DNA of 44,319 bases from sequence record PP514360, one strand, 5' to 3'. Numbering within the stretch: the stretch's first letter is position 1; the number at the start of each line of letters is the position of its first letter. This DNA is from Escherichia phage HK1. The translations under genes and the position numbers were made by a program. Below are positions 16,418-25,200 of this stretch, one piece after another. The notes beneath the pieces were generated by a model. The model searched no databases, was not told where the DNA came from, and saw only the letters and a program-made list of their open reading frames with translations.

Positions 16418-17031
16418 AATTACTATTCCGCCGCAAATCGGACGGCAAAATACTTAGACCAATACAGACCCTTTCCGCATACGTGCGCCTACACCACGCC
16501 GCAAGCGATCGTGTCTGGTGGGCAACAAAAGCTAAACTTCCGGAGAAATACGATATTGTCACGCATGATATTGAGCGCGGCGATGTGCTGCGTGATATTC
16601 GCGACGGCAGTATGTGGATCGTCGAGTATGTCGGGCTTCATGGCCTGCGTATGCAATCACGCAAGGATGGCGTCGCCGGTATGACTTACTTCGGCCTCGT
16701 AAATTACGAGCGAGTGGGTCGCAAATACTGCATTCGTGACCGCCAGCCGCATGAGCGCGCGAACGCCATAGCGGACGCAGTTAACCGCGTAACGCGTGAC
16801 GTGGCGCAGAAGACGTGTGTGGAGTTCCGCAAGTCGCAGCCAGCCTATGCAACCTACGACTCCCACCAGGTGCAAGCGAAGATGGGCAACGCAGTACGCC
16901 AAATCGTCAATCGCTTTGATGCCGTGACGAACGCACAGCGCCATGCGAAGGAATATGGCGTTGGATTCATCCAGGTAGAACGGGACGGCAGCATGAAAGC
17001 CATCGACCCGCGCTCGGTGATTCTGAAATGA
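16414..17031 (+). CDS. hypothetical protein (205 aa)
   Basis: ORF MKLLFRRKSDGK... with AGGAGA SD; the track ORF start at 16312 lacks an SD and overlaps the upstream small ORF. Confidence 0.55.
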   Translation: MKLLFRRKSDGKILRPIQTLSAYVRLHHAASDRVWWATKAKLPEKYDIVTHDIERGDVLRDIRDGSMWIVEYVGLHGLRMQSRKDGVAGMTYFGLVNYERVGRKYCIRDRQPHERANAIADAVNRVTRDVAQKTCVEFRKSQPAYATYDSHQVQAKMGNAVRQIVNRFDAVTNAQRHAKEYGVGFIQVERDGSMKAIDPRSVILK

Positions 17032-17168
17032 GTGCGACGATCCGTGATATGCTTCAGCATAACCGCTTCGAGATAGGCGGTCGGGTATTTCGCAATTACT
17101 TCGTGGCGCGTGCATGGGCGCGCCATATTGGCAAACCGGAAGGGGCAATTCGATGTTACACGATGTGA
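17028..17168 (+). CDS. small hypothetical protein (46 aa)
   Basis: Hand-read ORF MSATIRDMLQHNRFEIGGRVF...; start overlaps the upstream stop (ATGA). Confidence 0.3.
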   Translation: MSATIRDMLQHNRFEIGGRVFRNYFVARAWARHIGKPEGAIRCYTM

Positions 17169-17440
17169 TTTATTGGTTTGGTATGGCCAGCATATTATGC
17201 CTGGTTACGGGAGTGCTGGGCGCGATATGGGTATTCCTGGTGTGGCCCGCCGTGGAAGCAGCCAGCATTACCCGCATGACGTTCGAGATCTACAAGCGCC
17301 GTGGAATCACGGAGCACCCGACCAAGTTGCGCATGTGGTGGCTGTGGTATCGGGATATGATAGGCGGTCGAACATTCGAAGCCGTCCGCTCATCCGGGTG
17401 GGAGTGGAAAGGCGTCGGCAAGTGGTCCGTTTTCGATTAA
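17153..17440 (+). CDS. small membrane protein (95 aa)
   Basis: MLHDVIYWFGMASILCLVTGVLGAIWVFLVWPAV: two hydrophobic segments; GAAGGGG SD. Confidence 0.5.
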   Translation: MLHDVIYWFGMASILCLVTGVLGAIWVFLVWPAVEAASITRMTFEIYKRRGITEHPTKLRMWWLWYRDMIGGRTFEAVRSSGWEWKGVGKWSVFD

Positions 17441-17492
17441 TTATGCAAGCGTGATATAGTCCCAGTGAGATAAAACTTACTGGGACTTTTTT

Positions 17493-17783
17493 ATGGATAA
17501 GCTAAACGAGTGGCTATTCGCCCTGGCATGTCTGGCGGGTGGCTTCGTAGGCGCACGCATTCATGGTGAGGCTACGAAGGGGCCGCTAAACTTCGTTTTG
17601 TATGTTGTAGTTGGCTTCCTGTGTGCCATATTTGGCGCACCGGCTATCGCTGAGTGGGCTGGTTTGTCGGGGGAGCGCACTGTCGCCGGTTTGGGCTTCG
17701 TGACAGCAATTTTCTGGATGCCAATCGCCGACCGGATCAGGGAGACTATTGCGTCGTTCCGACTTCCGGGGGGTGCAAAATGA
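17493..17783 (+). CDS. holin-like membrane protein (96 aa, ~3 hydrophobic segments)
   Basis: Three hydrophobic stretches; sits two genes upstream of the endolysin. Confidence 0.5.
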   Translation: MDKLNEWLFALACLAGGFVGARIHGEATKGPLNFVLYVVVGFLCAIFGAPAIAEWAGLSGERTVAGLGFVTAIFWMPIADRIRETIASFRLPGGAK

Positions 17784-18025
17784 TTATCTCCGTCCTGTTG
17801 TTTGTTATCATCGGGGCTTCGTCCCTGTTTAACGTGTATGCGCCGTCCGTCCGGGATGGCATTTTCGGCCGGGTGCTGTATCTGTTAACGGCAATGGTCT
17901 GTATTATCGGATTGTTGCAAACAGGAGACGTATCTGATACCACCTGGACCGCGTTAATATGGCTGTTTGCATTGCGCACCCTGCGTAATGCTGTTTTGAA
18001 TGGGGTAAAACATGCGATTCAGTGA
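17780..18025 (+). CDS. holin/antiholin-like membrane protein (81 aa)
   Basis: MIISVLLFVIIGASSLF... hydrophobic; start overlaps the upstream stop (ATGA); immediately precedes and overlaps the endolysin gene. Confidence 0.5.
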   Translation: MIISVLLFVIIGASSLFNVYAPSVRDGIFGRVLYLLTAMVCIIGLLQTGDVSDTTWTALIWLFALRTLRNAVLNGVKHAIQ

Positions 18026-18503
18026 CAACGGTCTACGATTTACGGCAGCATGGGAGACGTTTAGCCCGGTGCCGTATTTCGCGACTAAGAAAGAGCAGGC
18101 CCGTGGCCTGTACACCTGGGGATATGGGCACACCGGCACTAACCCGCCTCGAAGTATTACCCGATCGGAAGCGCTGGAGCTACTTAAGCGCGATGTGGCG
18201 TATGCTGAGGACTGGGTGAACAAATACGCGCATAAGAGCATTAACCAGGCGCAATTCGACGCGCTGGTGGACCTGGTTATCAATGCAGGTCAAGGTCCGA
18301 TCGTACCGGACCATATTGCCAATGACTTCGATGATGCGGTGCGACTGGGAGACTGGGCGAAGGTCCGTGCTACTCTGCCGCAGTTCCGCAAGCAAGGTGG
18401 GGAAGTGCTTAAGGGTCTGGTACGCCGTGCAATCGGCAGACAGGCGTTGTTTGATGGTAAGCAGTGGGACGTTGCCGAGAAAATCGGGCGTAACGCTGCA
18501 TAA
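18012..18503 (+). CDS. endolysin (glycoside hydrolase family 24 lysozyme-like)
   Basis: GLYTWGYGHTG and overall length (163 aa) match the phage lysozyme/muramidase fold. Confidence 0.8.
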   Translation: MRFSDNGLRFTAAWETFSPVPYFATKKEQARGLYTWGYGHTGTNPPRSITRSEALELLKRDVAYAEDWVNKYAHKSINQAQFDALVDLVINAGQGPIVPDHIANDFDDAVRLGDWAKVRATLPQFRKQGGEVLKGLVRRAIGRQALFDGKQWDVAEKIGRNAA

Positions 18504-18519
18504 TACGAGGTAACACAGT

Positions 18520-18687
18520 ATGTTAAAAAGCATTCTTGATCATAACGCCGACGCGCTCGCCGCGCTGGCTAAAACCGAAGACCCCGGCGCCCGCGCTATC
18601 ATCGCGGACACTATCAACCACGCTGGGGTCTTCGATGCGAAGCTGCCAAGCCCACCACCGCAGGATGAATCCGGCCCCGCAGCGTAA
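18520..18687 (+). CDS. small hypothetical protein (55 aa)
   Basis: Hand-read ORF MLKSILDHNADALAAL... with GAGG SD; followed directly by an intrinsic terminator. Confidence 0.35.
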   Translation: MLKSILDHNADALAALAKTEDPGARAIIADTINHAGVFDAKLPSPPPQDESGPAA

Positions 18688-18693
18688 ACAATT

Positions 18694-18720
18694 AAGCCCG
18701 GTTAATTCCGGGCTTTTTAT
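18694..18720 (+). terminator. intrinsic terminator after the lysis cassette
   Basis: AAGCCCGG-ttaatt-CCGGGCTT followed by TTTTTATT. Confidence 0.65.
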
Positions 18721-18924
18721 TGCTTGACTCGCAACCAACATAGACGCCATACTGCGACCAATCAACGAGAGGAGTAATCAAGATGGCACGTAAAGATATT
18801 TGGGTATTAGCGATCTGGACCACCGCGGCTTTTATCGGCATGGTTATTTGCGAATTGATATAGCCCGCAGCCATACGGACCGTGGTATATTGTCCACGGT
18901 CCACTAATCAGGAATTAATTAAAT

Positions 18925-20067
18925 ATGCACCCGCAAACTAAAATTACCGATGAGCAATTGATCGCAGAAATTCAGGCAGGGACTACGGTTAAAGAGATTG
19001 CGAAGAAATACGGGATTGCCCTGCGCAATGTCTATATGCGGAAGGCCCGCCTGTCGAAAAAGGGAATTGGTCACGGCAATGATGCCGTGATCCGTAAGCG
19101 CGTTGCCGATGGTTTTGGGGTTAAGCGCGTATCGGCCCTGGTGCGCGGAAATGGCGAAGAGGTCATGTCGTGGGTCATCACTGAGCAGGACAAGGAGCGC
19201 CAACTCGAAGCTATGCGCGCTGTTGTCGAGGGTATGAACAGCGAAATAACACCGGCAGCGCCAGTAAACGCTCCGCCAGTACCGATCCAGGCGCTCGACT
19301 TGCTTAACCTGTACACGGTGTCCGACTTCCACCTGGGCATGTTGGCATGGGGAGAGGAGACTGGCGAAGACTGGGATATGGCGATCGCCGAAGACCTGTT
19401 CTACCGCTGGTTTGTCGAAGCCTTCGCACGCGCACCAGACGCAGGCACTGCCGTGATCAATATCCTCGGCGATATGGCGCACTTTGATAGCCTCGACGCC
19501 GTCACTCCCGCCAGCGGTCACGTATTGGACGCCGACACCAGATACCAGAAGTTGGTCCGCTACATGATTCGTATGGTGCGCAACGTCGTCGAACTTGCCC
19601 TGCAAAAACACCACAAAGTCAAACTGCTAATCGTCCAGGGGAATCATGATGAGTCGGGTATGATCTGGCTGGCTGAGATGTTCAATACTCTGTACGAGAA
19701 CGAGCCGCGCGTCGATGTGGATACGTCCCCGGACGTTTACAAAATGGTGCAGCACGGAAAGACCACGCTATTCTTCCACCACGGGCACAAAGCGCGATTC
19801 GATGTTATCGAGCAGGTTATGATCGCTAAATTCAGACAGGCGTTCGGGGCGAGCGAATACAGCTACGCGCACGTAGGCCATTTGCACCACCAGAAGATTG
19901 TTGAATCCCGCAACATGATTGTTGAACAGCACAGGACGCTCGCAGCGAAAGACGCCTACGCCAGTCGTGGCGGTTGGATGTCAGGTCGCAGCGCCAACGT
20001 CATTACCTACAGCGCCAACTACGGCGAAGTAGCGCGCTTAACCATTAGCCCGGAAATGTTGAAGTAA
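18925..20067 (+). CDS. HTH domain fused to calcineurin-like metallophosphoesterase (phosphatase or Mre11/SbcD-like nuclease)
   Basis: N-terminal TVKEIAKKYGIALRNVY (HTH); C-terminal SDFHLG, ILGDMAHFD, QGNHDE, HHGHK, GHLHH matching the metallophosphoesterase motif series in order. Confidence 0.7.
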   Translation: MHPQTKITDEQLIAEIQAGTTVKEIAKKYGIALRNVYMRKARLSKKGIGHGNDAVIRKRVADGFGVKRVSALVRGNGEEVMSWVITEQDKERQLEAMRAVVEGMNSEITPAAPVNAPPVPIQALDLLNLYTVSDFHLGMLAWGEETGEDWDMAIAEDLFYRWFVEAFARAPDAGTAVINILGDMAHFDSLDAVTPASGHVLDADTRYQKLVRYMIRMVRNVVELALQKHHKVKLLIVQGNHDESGMIWLAEMFNTLYENEPRVDVDTSPDVYKMVQHGKTTLFFHHGHKARFDVIEQVMIAKFRQAFGASEYSYAHVGHLHHQKIVESRNMIVEQHRTLAAKDAYASRGGWMSGRSANVITYSANYGEVARLTISPEMLK

Positions 20068-20197
20068 CGGCAACCAGTACCCCTCCCAGCCTGCCGATTT
20101 GGTGGGCTTTTTTGTGCCTGTTATAATCCGCCTTAGATGGCAGGGCCGTCTCCTATGTCGCCGATGGTCGGCGCATATGAACAAAAGGGCTTATATC

Positions 20198-20749
20198 ATG
20201 GCAGAAATCAAAGTTAAGGGCCGACGCGCCAAACTGGACGGACGAGTAGCAGTAACCCCGCGCCGTAAACCAGGCGAGCAAACCGAGCACACCAATCTTG
20301 GACCTGAAATCGAGTACGGAAAACGCCGTAAAGGCGGCAAATGTGGACGCCCTACTGACTACAGATCCGTTTACTGCGATCAGCTTCGCCGCTATTTTGC
20401 CGACGCCGACGCCTGGCAGGTCAACTACTCCGATAAAGGCGCTGCGCAAGTAATCCCCCGCAACAAAATGCCAACCTTCGGCCGATTTGCCGCTGAAATC
20501 GGCGTGGGCGTAGCTTGCCTGTATCGCTGGGCGCGTGCGCATGAGGAGTTTGCCGAGGCGATGGCTGACGCTATGGAATTGCAGAAAACCTTCCTGATGG
20601 AAGCTGGCGGCGTGACCATCGCGGCGGGCTTCGCTACATTCCTGCTTAAAGCAAACCACGGCGTCCGCGACGATATACCGCTGGATGACGACGAAGATGA
20701 TAACGGCGACGTCGTTGTGGAGCCTACCGGCAAAGGCCAGGGTGAATAA
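20198..20749 (+). CDS. terminase small subunit
   Basis: Position directly upstream of and overlapping the large terminase; basic N-terminus, central helix-rich region (FGRFAAEIGVGVACLYRWARAHEEF), acidic C-terminus. Start at MAEIK (AAGGG SD); alternative ATG at 20177. Confidence 0.6.
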   Translation: MAEIKVKGRRAKLDGRVAVTPRRKPGEQTEHTNLGPEIEYGKRRKGGKCGRPTDYRSVYCDQLRRYFADADAWQVNYSDKGAAQVIPRNKMPTFGRFAAEIGVGVACLYRWARAHEEFAEAMADAMELQKTFLMEAGGVTIAAGFATFLLKANHGVRDDIPLDDDEDDNGDVVVEPTGKGQGE

Positions 20750-22134
20750 TGCGTAACTATGCGGCGGAACACCGCGCCCTTGAACGAGCGATCGCAAAGC
20801 GTAACCGACCGCCACGCCCGACACGCGTTGCGCAGGCTGTGCGTCTTTACCAGCCAGATTGCTTGCCGCACCAGGTTGAACTACTGCGTGACACGAAGAC
20901 TAAAATCCTCGGCCTGTGTTCCGGCTTCGGCGGTGGCAAGTCATGGGTTGCCGCACGTAAGGTCATCCAGCTTCTGACACTTAACCCTGGTTATGACGGC
21001 ATCGTGACCGAACCGACTATCCCACTCCTGGTTAAAATCATGTATCCGGAACTGGAGAAGGCATTCGACGAGGCTGGCTTCCGGTGGAAGTTCAATAAGC
21101 AGGACAAGATTTACAACGTGCTGGTGAAAGGCAAATGGACTCGCGTTATCTGTGAGTCAATGGAGAACTATACCCGCCTGATCGGTATCAACGCCGCGTG
21201 GATTGTTGCCGACGAGTTCGACACCACGAAACAAGACGTCGCGCTGGCGGCATATCACAAATTGCTCGGTCGTCTGCGTGCTGGCTTCGTCCGCCAGTTC
21301 GTCATCGTGTCAACGCCGGAAGGCTTCCGGGCGATGTATCAAATTTTCGAGGTGGAGAAGGATAGCCAGAAACGCTTGATCCGGGCGAAGACCACGGACA
21401 ACCACCATTTACCGGCGGACTTTATCGACACGCTGCGTAGTCAATACCCAGCTAACCTGATCGACGCGTACCTGAACGGCCTGTTTGTTAACCTTACGTC
21501 GGGCGCGGTGTACAAGATGTTCAACCGCGAGGAGAACGCCAGCACCGAAGAAGTGCAGCCGGACGACACGCTGATTATCGGTATGGACTTTAACGTCACG
21601 AAAATGGCGGCGGTCGTATACGTCAGACGGCAGCGAGTAACCGAGAACAAGGAGTTCCGCGACGAGATTCACGCGGTGGATGAATTTGTGGACCTGTTTG
21701 ACACCCCGGCTATGATTGAGGCGATCGAGGAGCGCTACCCCGATCATTGCGCTGCCGGTCGTGTCGTCGTTTACCCGGATAGCAGCGGCAAGTCTCGCAA
21801 GACTGTCAACGCGTCGTCGTCCGATATCGCACAACTGGAAGATGCTGGCTTCGAGGTGGAGTATGACAGCGTTAACCCACCGGTGAAAGACCGATTGATC
21901 GCGATGAATACGATGATGTGCAACTCGAATGGTGTGCGCCAGTATTTTGTCAACCTGGATAAATGCCCTACACTAGCGAAATGTCTGGAACAGCAGGTTT
22001 ACGACCTGAAGAAAGGCGAGCCGGATAAAACTGCCGGTGTGGACCACATGAATGACGCGGCGGGATACCCTATTGCGCACTTGTTCCCTGTGATTCGTCC
22101 GATCGCCGTTGTTCCAACTGTAGACTTCTACTAA
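20749..22134 (+). CDS. terminase large subunit
   Basis: 461 aa; Walker A-like GFGGGKS, Walker B IVADEFD, C-terminal nuclease-like GMDFNVTK; start overlaps the small-subunit stop (TAATG). Confidence 0.85.
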   Translation: MRNYAAEHRALERAIAKRNRPPRPTRVAQAVRLYQPDCLPHQVELLRDTKTKILGLCSGFGGGKSWVAARKVIQLLTLNPGYDGIVTEPTIPLLVKIMYPELEKAFDEAGFRWKFNKQDKIYNVLVKGKWTRVICESMENYTRLIGINAAWIVADEFDTTKQDVALAAYHKLLGRLRAGFVRQFVIVSTPEGFRAMYQIFEVEKDSQKRLIRAKTTDNHHLPADFIDTLRSQYPANLIDAYLNGLFVNLTSGAVYKMFNREENASTEEVQPDDTLIIGMDFNVTKMAAVVYVRRQRVTENKEFRDEIHAVDEFVDLFDTPAMIEAIEERYPDHCAAGRVVVYPDSSGKSRKTVNASSSDIAQLEDAGFEVEYDSVNPPVKDRLIAMNTMMCNSNGVRQYFVNLDKCPTLAKCLEQQVYDLKKGEPDKTAGVDHMNDAAGYPIAHLFPVIRPIAVVPTVDFY

Positions 22135-22144
22135 GGAAACGACC

Positions 22145-23665
22145 ATGACCGTTAACGTTGACAACCAGCACCCGCTTTATGCGCGCATCGCGCCAGAGTG
22201 GAAAATGATCCGTGACTGCGTAGCGGGGGAGCGCGCCGTGAAGGCGTGCGGCCCCTTGTACCTGCCGCACCCCGCAAGCGGCGACACCACCGACCCGAAA
22301 TCACGGGCACGGTATAAGGCGTATAAGCAACGTGCGGTATTCCTGAACGCCACCGCCCGTACACTGAATGCACTGTTAGGCGTGGCCTTCGCCAAACCGG
22401 TGAGTATGGACCTTTCCGGGGCAATGGCTGACCTGATTGATGACGTAGACGGCAGCGGGATGCCACTGGCGCAACTCCTGCGCGGCGCTATGTCGGAAGT
22501 GCTGCAATCGGGCCGCGCAGGCTTTATGGTGGACTACGACCGCCAGGCGCATTTTGACGAACTGGGTAACGTAGTGCCGCAGACAGCCGCTGAAATGGCG
22601 GCACACCGCCCACTTATCCGCCTGTATACGGCTGAACAGATCATTAACTGGCGGCAGACCCACGGGGTCGACACGCTAATTGTGCTGAAGGAGACGGACG
22701 AAATCAGCACCCAAGACCCGGACGACTTCGCAAACCACGAAGTAACGATCTGGACCGAGCTTCGCATGATTGCAGGTAAGGCTCACGCCCGCCGCTGGTT
22801 TTACAACGCTGACACGTCCGAGGTGCAGATGGACTTGCCGCGGGGCTTCACCCGCACCGACCTTGTACCATTGGTGGATGCCTCCGGTAATGCGCTTACG
22901 CAACTGCCATTTTGCTGGTGTGGTGCAGTGGACAACAACGCGACACCGGACGCCGCACCGCTGGCGGATATTGCGTCCATCAACATTAAGCACTACAACG
23001 CCGAAGCAGACGTCGCCGAGATTGCGCACATCGTGGGTCAACCTACACTCATTGCTACCGGTCTGACCCAATCATGGGCGGACAAGAACCTGAAAGGCGG
23101 AATCGCGCTCGGGGCAACTAAGGGCGTTATCCTGGGCCAGAACATGGACGCCAAACTGCTTCAGGCCGAAGAACGAAACCTATCGGTCGCACTGTGTGAA
23201 CGCCGAGAGTTGCAAATGGCTAAACTGGGCGCGGCCCTTGTCGAGAAAGGGACCGCACCTAAGACGGCAACCGAGGCGGCTTATGATGCGCAGACTGATA
23301 ACAGTATCCTGTCGCTTATTGCCGGTAATGTTGAGAAGGCTTTCAACCGTGCGCTGCAAATCGTTAAGCTGTTCACTGGTGACACCGCCGACCAGCGCGT
23401 AACGCTGAACAAGTTCTACACTGAAATCACGGTTGATGCGCAGCTTATGACCGCGATGATGGCAGGTGTGCAGACCGGTACTGTCCGACTGGCTGACTTT
23501 ATCAAGTGGATGATGGCCCAGGGCGTAATTGATGACTCGCAAACCGTCGAGCAGGTGGAAGACGAACTGCGAAATCAGAATCCATTGCCTCAAATGTCCC
23601 CGGATGCGGTAGAATCTACCGAAGAAGACCCGGACAAGGTAGCGGACAATGGCGAAGACAATTAA
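22145..23665 (+). CDS. portal protein
   Basis: 506 aa ORF directly after the large terminase, acidic C-terminus; conserved gene order terminase-portal-head morphogenesis. Confidence 0.75.
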   Translation: MTVNVDNQHPLYARIAPEWKMIRDCVAGERAVKACGPLYLPHPASGDTTDPKSRARYKAYKQRAVFLNATARTLNALLGVAFAKPVSMDLSGAMADLIDDVDGSGMPLAQLLRGAMSEVLQSGRAGFMVDYDRQAHFDELGNVVPQTAAEMAAHRPLIRLYTAEQIINWRQTHGVDTLIVLKETDEISTQDPDDFANHEVTIWTELRMIAGKAHARRWFYNADTSEVQMDLPRGFTRTDLVPLVDASGNALTQLPFCWCGAVDNNATPDAAPLADIASINIKHYNAEADVAEIAHIVGQPTLIATGLTQSWADKNLKGGIALGATKGVILGQNMDAKLLQAEERNLSVALCERRELQMAKLGAALVEKGTAPKTATEAAYDAQTDNSILSLIAGNVEKAFNRALQIVKLFTGDTADQRVTLNKFYTEITVDAQLMTAMMAGVQTGTVRLADFIKWMMAQGVIDDSQTVEQVEDELRNQNPLPQMSPDAVESTEEDPDKVADNGEDN

Positions 23666-24752
23666 TCAATATATGGCGGATCGAATGATCCGCCGACACA
23701 TCTTCACCCAGCGCCTGAGCAATGACCAGGCGCGACGGGTGCTGGCTATGTGGGAGAAGTTCCGGCCTACGTTACTGGGAAAGCTGACTGAGTTGCTTGA
23801 TGGCAAATCGTCAATGAACAACAAGGCACTTTCAACCCTGCTAACGCAAATCGACAAGACCGTAAAAACGGAACTGCGCACCGAGTTTAAGGTGTTGGCT
23901 GAAAGCCTTCAGGAGTTTGCCGACACGGAGGCTGATTATCTCGCCGACACATTAACGGCAGCGATCCAGCCGGTGGTCGCCGTACCTGCGGTCGAGGTGG
24001 TTGGCGTAGTGACCGGTGCGCAGATCGCAGCGACGGCTATGAAAAACCCGTTCCAGGGAAATACCATGATGCAATGGCCTGATTCATTGTCTGAGTGGAC
24101 CAGGACGCAGATCGGGAATCAGGTGCGCGCTGGATTCATCCAGGGCAAGCCAACTATGGAAATTATAGCGGACGTGAGGCGCGCGCTCGGCGGTCGTAGC
24201 GCGCAAGCCATCTCGAGCGTTGTTAAGTCCGCAGTCAACCACTATGCGGCGACAGCCCGCGAACTAATGGTGAAAGCAAATGACGATATTCTCGAAGGTC
24301 GCCAATGGTTATCTACATTGGACACGCATACTTCTCCCATGTGCCAGCTACGCGATCGCCTGTTTTATCCGGTTGATGTTACTCCCGACACCAAAGGAAA
24401 GCGCGGCGGGAAAATGGTGGCTGGGTCACAATATGGCGCTGGGCCGGGTAAGTTGCATTATTGTTGCCGGTCGACGGAGACGTGGAAGGTTAAAGGCATG
24501 GAAGATTGGCCCAGTGGTAAGCGTCCGGCACTGAAGGCTGACGCGGGGCGATTGCTGAGTGAGCAGGCCGACGCGCAGACTGATTTCTTCTCATGGGTGC
24601 AGCGCCAGCCGCGCCATATCCTGGAGGAATTATACGGGGTGCAACGCGCCGACCAGATTATGCGCGGCGTGAAAGTCCCGAAGATGTTCACCGATTCCGG
24701 CGAACTAATGACTATCGCACAGCTTAAAAACCGGGGGTTATGGCGTGATTAA
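23649..24752 (+). CDS. head morphogenesis protein (Mu F / SPP1 gp7-like minor capsid protein)
   Basis: 367 aa ORF after the portal and overlapping its end; call rests on position and size. Confidence 0.6.
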   Translation: MAKTINQYMADRMIRRHIFTQRLSNDQARRVLAMWEKFRPTLLGKLTELLDGKSSMNNKALSTLLTQIDKTVKTELRTEFKVLAESLQEFADTEADYLADTLTAAIQPVVAVPAVEVVGVVTGAQIAATAMKNPFQGNTMMQWPDSLSEWTRTQIGNQVRAGFIQGKPTMEIIADVRRALGGRSAQAISSVVKSAVNHYAATARELMVKANDDILEGRQWLSTLDTHTSPMCQLRDRLFYPVDVTPDTKGKRGGKMVAGSQYGAGPGKLHYCCRSTETWKVKGMEDWPSGKRPALKADAGRLLSEQADAQTDFFSWVQRQPRHILEELYGVQRADQIMRGVKVPKMFTDSGELMTIAQLKNRGLWRD

Positions 24753-25074
24753 ATATGCGGCTATTGGACTGGTTATGGGTCTGGCGGTAGGATTCTGGCT
24801 AGGTGACTCCTACCGCGCTGGCGTAGTGGCGAAGGCGGCGCAAGAAGCGCAATCCCAAGCCCAACGGCAGCAAACTAAAGTAATTGAGCGCTCCGTGCAG
24901 GCAGAACAAGCCCGCGACGTGGAATACCGGACTATCACAAAAGAGGTTGTTAAATATGTTACGCGCCCTAACCGCCCTGATTGTAGTTTTGACGCTGAGC
25001 GCGTGCGGATCAAGCAGCGTGCCGTTGATGCCGCTAACGGAATCGGCACTGCGACCGCCGTGCAAGTTCGATAA
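24745..25074 (+). CDS. putative i-spanin (Rz-like: N-terminal TM helix plus coiled coil)
   Basis: MIKYAAIGLVMGLAVGFWLG transmembrane segment followed by a Gln/Ala/Glu-rich helical region; partly overlaps a lipoprotein ORF in another frame. Confidence 0.45.
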   Translation: MIKYAAIGLVMGLAVGFWLGDSYRAGVVAKAAQEAQSQAQRQQTKVIERSVQAEQARDVEYRTITKEVVKYVTRPNRPDCSFDAERVRIKQRAVDAANGIGTATAVQVR

Positions 25075-25186
25075 CCCGTCTGCGGACCCCGACGAAGATT
25101 TGATGATTGACGTGAAAAATATGGAATGCGGGGCGAAGCTAAGGGCGCAGGTGCTGGAGTTGCAGCAAATAATTAAGGGGCCATAA
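24956..25186 (+). CDS. putative o-spanin (Rz1-like outer-membrane lipoprotein)
   Basis: MLRALTALIVVLTLSACGSS: signal peptide with LSAC lipobox; Pro-rich mature part; overlaps the 3' end of the i-spanin candidate out of frame; AAGAGG SD. Confidence 0.45.
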   Translation: MLRALTALIVVLTLSACGSSSVPLMPLTESALRPPCKFDNPSADPDEDLMIDVKNMECGAKLRAQVLELQQIIKGP

Positions 25187-25198
25187 TGGCCCCTTTTT
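25176..25198. terminator. terminator between convergent genes (GGGGCC-N-GGCCCC family)
   Basis: GGGGCC-ataat-GGCCCC followed by TTTTT on the plus strand; sits between the plus-strand spanin pair and the minus-strand gene ending at 25201. Confidence 0.6.
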
Positions 25199-25200
25199 CG

